Part shown: piece after piece, positions 61,857 to 64,000 of the stretch
Layout: every line of letters starts with the position of its first letter
How positions within the stretch are numbered: position 1 is the stretch's first letter
NCBI RefSeq assembly: GCF_032062105.1
Contig: NW_026920771.1
Span: forward strand, 1 to 64,000
Source of the DNA: Saccostrea cucullata
Taxonomy: Eukaryota
DNA length: 64,000 nt
Reading direction: 5' to 3'
Made by a program: the position numbers and the translations under genes
The notes under the pieces: generated by a model
The model's database searches: none
The model's input: the letters and a program-made list of their open reading frames with translations, nothing else
Told to the model about the DNA's origin: nothing

Positions 61857-64000
61857 GTTTGTTTTGGTGTATAGTTTATGACTTGTGTTTCTTTTGTCAG
61901 AAAATGGGGATGTTTATGTCTGACATAGGGATCGAAGTTATAGGTACATGTATATATGTACTGAAAAATGATAGACAGGTAACGTTAGCATTTTTTTTAA
62001 ATATGGGGGAAGGGGGCCAATAAGTTTTTTTTTTAAGTCTGACTGTTATATAATTGTTTAAAATACATTTTTTTTTACGACTTTATGAAAAGAAATGGGA
62101 TGTAAGAGAAGTTTAAATTTCTTTAATTTGATAGGTTTTAAACTTTTTATAATTTCTAATTGAACCAAAAATATATAATTTTAAAAGAAAAAATGTCTAA
62201 ACTCATAGTTAACTTGGATGAATATTAAATTGTAATTTTTTTATCATACAAAATGGGTCAAATAGTTTATGAACTTTGTTTATTGCTTCTTTTATCTAAG
62301 GAATTTTAACTTAAAATAATTGAAATATATTGTGATAAAGTTTCCTTAATTGGCAAAAAATATTGAAACAAAGATTAATCCCTCCCTCTCTTTCGCAACT
62401 TTATGTTGAATGTCCATATTGATTTATTTATAAACTGTCAAAATGTGATAAATCAATCTGATTTCTAAATTGACAGAAAATTGCAACAGATGCAGATGAC
62501 AAAATTGTTACTTTTAATATTTTTTAAAAGTCAGGTGGCAGGTGCATATAAATTATAATATCAGTGCCGATGTAAAAAGGTGATTCAGTCATAGACACCC
62601 ATATTTGTTTATTGTTAGGCAATAAATGTAGATAGATATTGGACATACTATAAATATTCACCTATCCCGTGATCAATTATTCAGTAACTAAATATGGGAG
62701 TATAATTCCAGCAAATACTATAGAGCATTACTGTTATTGTTACAACCTTATAAATGGGTGGTCATGTTTAAACATACATGTAGGTCAAAGGATAAACTCT
62801 CTCTTCATAGCAACATATAAATTAAATAAAAAAGAAAAGTAAATAACGAAATGTAAAGTGTTGTGGTCAAGAAATTACTTATAATCAGTCATATTTTATT
62901 GCTAAACATTTTGTTAAAAAATTTAAATGTTAATCTGTTACTTTTTTTTAAAATAAAATTCTGAGATTAATTAAGTTGCTTTTTTTTATCAATGCCCATA
63001 ATTTAATTTTATAACTTTAAGGCACCCCTTCTTCTCAAGTGTTCATCTTCTCAAGCAGTGGTAAATAGTGATCAGAATGTCTGTCTCTCTGTCTGTCCTC
63101 CCATTCCCATAAAACCTTATGTCCATCTCTTATGTTCAATTTCTCCTATACAACTGAATAAAATTGAATGAGACTCTCATAGTATATTTTTCACAGAGTG
63201 CAATTGTGCACCTCCTAATTTTACAATTTGATGAGACACATTTTTGGAGTTTTCCAAAGCAAACTTGGACACACACAGTCATTTTCTCTGTAATATTGTT
63301 GGTACTGATCTTTTATCATTGACTTCACTGCAATACACCACTGAATAAACTTTAAAGACTTTCCCAGAATCTTTACTTCAAGGTACCATTGTGCAGCTTC
63401 AATTGAACTTTTCATAGCTAGGACACATAATTTGAGATTCCCATACCAAAGAACAGAGTTTAATGTCAATTACAGTCCTCATACTGTATCGGAGCAGGGG
63501 GTATCAATTTGTGTGCTCATTGCTCACATTAAGTTAAATTTCTTGTAAGGTACTAAATATGTGTTAAGAGACCATAGAGTCAATTCAGTTATTTAATGAG
63601 ATTTCTGTAATTAAAATTTCAACAGAAACAACTGAGGAATTAGCACCATTCTTATAAAGACTCTTTATCAGTGATAAGTCCATCATGACACCTGATAAAT
63701 TGGCTTCTCCTGTTTACGCGTTTTTCTTCTTTTCTTTTTCCGCCAGAGTCCATGAATATTACATAAGCACGACTTCTTTATCCTTCAGCTGCTACCGGCA
63801 AGGGGCGATGTTTGTCACGCAATTAATCCCTTCTTCTCTCGAAATCAATTATAGAAAAGGAAAACTTATGATTTTCGACAGAGAAGGAAATGTGTTGCAC
63901 TCTCTCTCGGGGAAACAATTTGACAGCTGTTGCCATGGACACCTTATATAGACCATGTTCAGAAATAAAGGTCATAAGTAGTTACCATAGAAAACTAAAC

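Overview
AT-rich, intron-containing animal genomic DNA. It is most likely an oyster (Ostreidae), inferred from a Helentron-type element with ~170-bp internal repeats and from the SINE/MITE repertoire. Reading GT-AG/AT-AC junctions gives five conserved genes: APH1 (+), ZCCHC17 (-), a ZC3H4/ZC3H6/su(sable)-family CCCH gene (-), SUPT5H/Spt5 (+, head-to-head with the CCCH gene) and PKMYT1/Myt1 (-). There is also an unrecognised 326-aa coiled-coil gene built only from phase-0 exons (-) and the first exon of a signal-peptide protein (+). Two U12-type introns are present, one AT-AC and one GT-AG. The most striking pattern is repeated copying of exon-end/5'-splice-site junctions. These are a 27-bp array with ~23 donors in APH1, a 73-bp x6 array and a 33-bp duplication in SPT5, and a templated insertion in the Myt1 kinase exon that carries a copied donor and could form a new 75-nt intron. 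A scrambled SPT5 exon and mosaic local duplications suggest the assembly consensus is unreliable in places, so single-copy oddities need read-level checking.
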